Virus record (IMG/VR): IMGVR_UViG_3300033067_001055
Location: 1-38,433 of that record
Origin: a virus
Taxonomy: Duplodnaviria; Caudoviricetes
Reading direction: 5' to 3' (one strand)
DNA length: 38,433 nucleotides
In this document: positions 35,812 through 38,433 of the stretch, piece by piece
Position numbering within the stretch: the first letter of the stretch is position 1
Layout of the letters: every line of letters begins with the position of its first letter
Made by a program: the position numbers and the translations under genes
Notes under the pieces: model-generated
What the model was told of the DNA's origin: nothing
Databases searched by the model: none
Seen by the model: the letters and a program-made list of their open reading frames with translations, nothing else

Positions 35812-36284
35812 TAACCTCAACCGCCTTTGCTGCTGCAATTGCTGGCGCTGCGCTGTATAGGCTGCGCGGTGCTGGCGTATTGCCAACGCAGCATGGGAGG
35901 CTGGTATGGGCTGCCGCTACCGGCCTATTCTGCGGCCTGCTAGCTGGTCCTGTTGGCCTGTTGGCAGCAATTGGAGCTTTCCTTGGTCTGCTTATCCCGC
36001 ACGGAAAGTATTACGCTATAGCGCCGGACGTAACGCAGAATTCGGCTATCATGGCAGTAATCGGCATGACGCGGCTGGGGCTGATTGGCTTGCCACTGCT
36101 TGCGGTAACGCCTGACGCGGCAGCTTTTCTGGTTATCGGCGGCCTGCACGGCCCTGCTTATTTTGCTGGCTACAAGCTTAACGGCAAGCTGGGGCAAGAG
36201 AGCATCGCATGGGGTGAATACCTGACCGGCGCTTACACATGGTCGGCGCTGGCTTTGATACTAGGAGGCGTTAATGCTTCGTAA
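35808..36284 (+). CDS. Multi-pass membrane protein
   Basis: Several hydrophobic segments; LYRLRG and WGEYLTG motifs. Confidence 0.7.
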   Translation: MITSTAFAAAIAGAALYRLRGAGVLPTQHGRLVWAAATGLFCGLLAGPVGLLAAIGAFLGLLIPHGKYYAIAPDVTQNSAIMAVIGMTRLGLIGLPLLAVTPDAAAFLVIGGLHGPAYFAGYKLNGKLGQESIAWGEYLTGAYTWSALALILGGVNAS

Positions 36285-38433
36285 TCGGGCAAGGCCGGGG
36301 CTTTTGAACCGTTCATCGGCAGGCGAAATTCCCGTGGCCGCAGCCCTGCCTACAGCCGCGACTGACGGCGGGCTGTATCTAGGCGACAACAACAACACCG
36401 CCAACTACACCCGCATTGACGCCAACTTCGGCACCACCATGACCAGCGGCATCGGCTTGCCTGCTGGCGATTGGACGCTTGGCCTATACATCAACATTCC
36501 GACCGCTACTGACGCAAGCAGCAGTCAGGTTATTCTCGGCGCGGGCACCGGCACTAACCCATATTCCAGCGCCAGCACGTTCAGCATCCAGTACCGCGCT
36601 GATACCGGACAAATCCGTGTGCATGGGCTTGATGGCAGCAGCAATCCGCTGGGCCAGCGCAGCCCGTTCTTGCCCGCATCCAACACGCTGTCAAACAGCC
36701 TTGTTTCCTCTCACCCACTCTGGCCGAATGACAACAACGGCGCTTGGGTGTTTGTGGTTAAATCCGGCAGCCAATCTCAGCTTTGGATGGCGTTCGACGG
36801 CCACGCTCCGGTGCTGTGCGATGATAGCCTGACGAGCTTTGGGGCGCTTGCGGTCAACTTCTGGATTGGCCTTGGCCGTGATAGCAGCAACCGCACCCGT
36901 AGCAAGATTAAAGACTTCTTCAAGGTTAGCTATGCACTGACCAAAGACCAGATGAACCAAGTGCAGAACGGCGTTGACCCGACTACGCTTGGCAGCACTG
37001 GCGCGACCGATTACCTGTTCCAATTCGCCGCCGACGCATCGAGCTACACCAGCACGATTAACGGCTGCACGATGGCCCGCACGTTTGACAACTGCACCAC
37101 CACCAACAACCTCGGCTACGCCGCTATTACTGAGGCGGTTTACCTCGACCCACCCGGCCCGGATGGCTACGTGGTGCAGCATACCAGCGGCAGCGCCACG
37201 CTTAACCTGTCCGGCACTTATCGCGGCGCGAGTGGCGGTAATATACAAATCCAGTTCCTTGACTTTAACAACATCGCCTTTCAGGGCTGGCAGACGATTG
37301 CCACCAGCATCAGCGGCAACACTTGGTCAGGCTCGGTTGCTGTGCCCAAGGGCCAGCGTTGGGTTAAGGCGCAGCTACGCAAGGTTATCAGCGGCACACC
37401 GTCCACCGACGTGATGACCACTAGCCTGCGCTGGGGCGTGGGTGAGGTGGTATTCCTCGGCGGCCAATCGCTCATGGAGCATATGAGCAGCACCAGCGGC
37501 GCTTCCGGTAGCAGCACGATTGACCCAAACGGCTTTGTGTCCGAGCAGATCGACGTAACGGCGACCGTTACGCTGGCTGACCGCAAGCAGTTTGCTGTAA
37601 CCGGCGCAGCCAACAACGGCAGCGGCCTAATCCGCATCACGGCATCCGGGCGGCATGGTTTCCGCTTCAATGATGAGTGCATGATTAGGGGCGTGACTGG
37701 AACAACTGAGGCCAATGGCCGGTGGATTGTCACGCCTATCAGCAGCACGACTTTTGACCTGCAAGGCAGCACGTTCACCAACGCCTACGTCAGCGGCGGG
37801 CGCGTGTACCCGTGGAACAACAGTTACCGCGTCATGAACCGCACCCGGTACACGACCCCGGACGGCCTGACCATCATCGCCAATGCCATCAGCCAGCAGA
37901 CTGGCGCAGTTGTGTGTATCAGCAATCAGGCGGTGGGTGGGCAGGCAATCGACCGCTTCAACACGCTTGACGGCGCTTCGGGCGTCAACAATTACACCAA
38001 CACCGCCGCTCTGGCCGCTCGCCGCGCTGGGCGTGTCGGCGCTTACCTGTGGCTGCACGGGCACCAGAACATCGGCCAAACGTCCTACTTTATGGACAGC
38101 GGCAGCTTTGGCAGTGAAGTCGGCTTCGGCGCGCTAGGCACTTTGCAAGACCTGCTTGCTGCCCAATTCCCGAACAACGACTTTGCCTTCGGCGTGGCAG
38201 CGTTTACCAGCATCGGCGGAACCACGTCAGCGACAGCGGCCAACGTCCACGGCTTCCGTATGGCAGCAGCGCGGTGGGTTACACGTCGCGGAGGCAACGC
38301 TTTCTTTGCCGGTTACTACAGCGACTTTCAGCCCCGCTGGGAAAACGGCACAACGCAGAACGCGCATCTTACCCCGCCAGATTACCGACGTCAGGCAGCC
38401 CGCCTTGGTCACTCGCTCTCAGCATATCGCGGC
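36274..38433 (+). CDS. N-terminal part of the tail esterase gene (LamG/ConA-like domain then SGNH esterase); open at the window end; ~953 aa on the circle
   Basis: AGGAGG RBS, ATG 36274, reading MLRNRARPGLL...DWTLGLYINIP...; in frame with the repeat copy of ORF 15-2078; missed by the ORF track because it lacks a stop. Confidence 0.8.
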   Translation, partial: MLRNRARPGLLNRSSAGEIPVAAALPTAATDGGLYLGDNNNTANYTRIDANFGTTMTSGIGLPAGDWTLGLYINIPTATDASSSQVILGAGTGTNPYSSASTFSIQYRADTGQIRVHGLDGSSNPLGQRSPFLPASNTLSNSLVSSHPLWPNDNNGAWVFVVKSGSQSQLWMAFDGHAPVLCDDSLTSFGALAVNFWIGLGRDSSNRTRSKIKDFFKVSYALTKDQMNQVQNGVDPTTLGSTGATDYLFQFAADASSYTSTINGCTMARTFDNCTTTNNLGYAAITEAVYLDPPGPDGYVVQHTSGSATLNLSGTYRGASGGNIQIQFLDFNNIAFQGWQTIATSISGNTWSGSVAVPKGQRWVKAQLRKVISGTPSTDVMTTSLRWGVGEVVFLGGQSLMEHMSSTSGASGSSTIDPNGFVSEQIDVTATVTLADRKQFAVTGAANNGSGLIRITASGRHGFRFNDECMIRGVTGTTEANGRWIVTPISSTTFDLQGSTFTNAYVSGGRVYPWNNSYRVMNRTRYTTPDGLTIIANAISQQTGAVVCISNQAVGGQAIDRFNTLDGASGVNNYTNTAALAARRAGRVGAYLWLHGHQNIGQTSYFMDSGSFGSEVGFGALGTLQDLLAAQFPNNDFAFGVAAFTSIGGTTSATAANVHGFRMAAARWVTRRGGNAFFAGYYSDFQPRWENGTTQNAHLTPPDYRRQAARLGHSLSAYRG
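37058..38433. repeat. Right copy of the imperfect terminal repeat
   Basis: See 1-1376. Confidence 0.97.

Overview
This window is essentially one complete ~37,057-bp genome of a P22-like podovirus, probably infecting an alphaproteobacterium (inferred from the GcrA-like and OmpR/CtrA-type wHTH genes and the style of the integrase remnant). Positions 1-1376 recur at 37058-38433, with an apparently identical ~1-kb core but divergent flanks, inside a tail esterase gene. Gene order: tail esterase (wraps the ends) - lysis cassette (holin, GH24 endolysin, inserted metallophosphoesterase plus small genes, spanins) - truncated integrase and excisionase - leftward early operon (small ORFs, GcrA-like, DNA methyltransferase, SF2 helicase, structured non-coding region, SSB-like, ERF) - divergent promoters - rightward regulators and replication (DUF1376 initiator with iterons, split Zn-finger plus Twinkle-like primase-helicase, VRR-NUC) - small leftward island - terminases, portal, scaffold, coat, head-tail, ejection proteins, tail fibre. 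Best leads: (1) a 13-bp start-associated RBS motif shared by many leftward genes, plus a structured RNA region carrying its exact 9-nt antisense next to a CCA-ended tRNA-like element; (2) an unannotated 30-aa peptide resembling Zn-free ribosomal protein bL36; (3) two alleles of the tail esterase; (4) a decayed lysogeny module. All family assignments come from motif recognition by eye; no searches were run.
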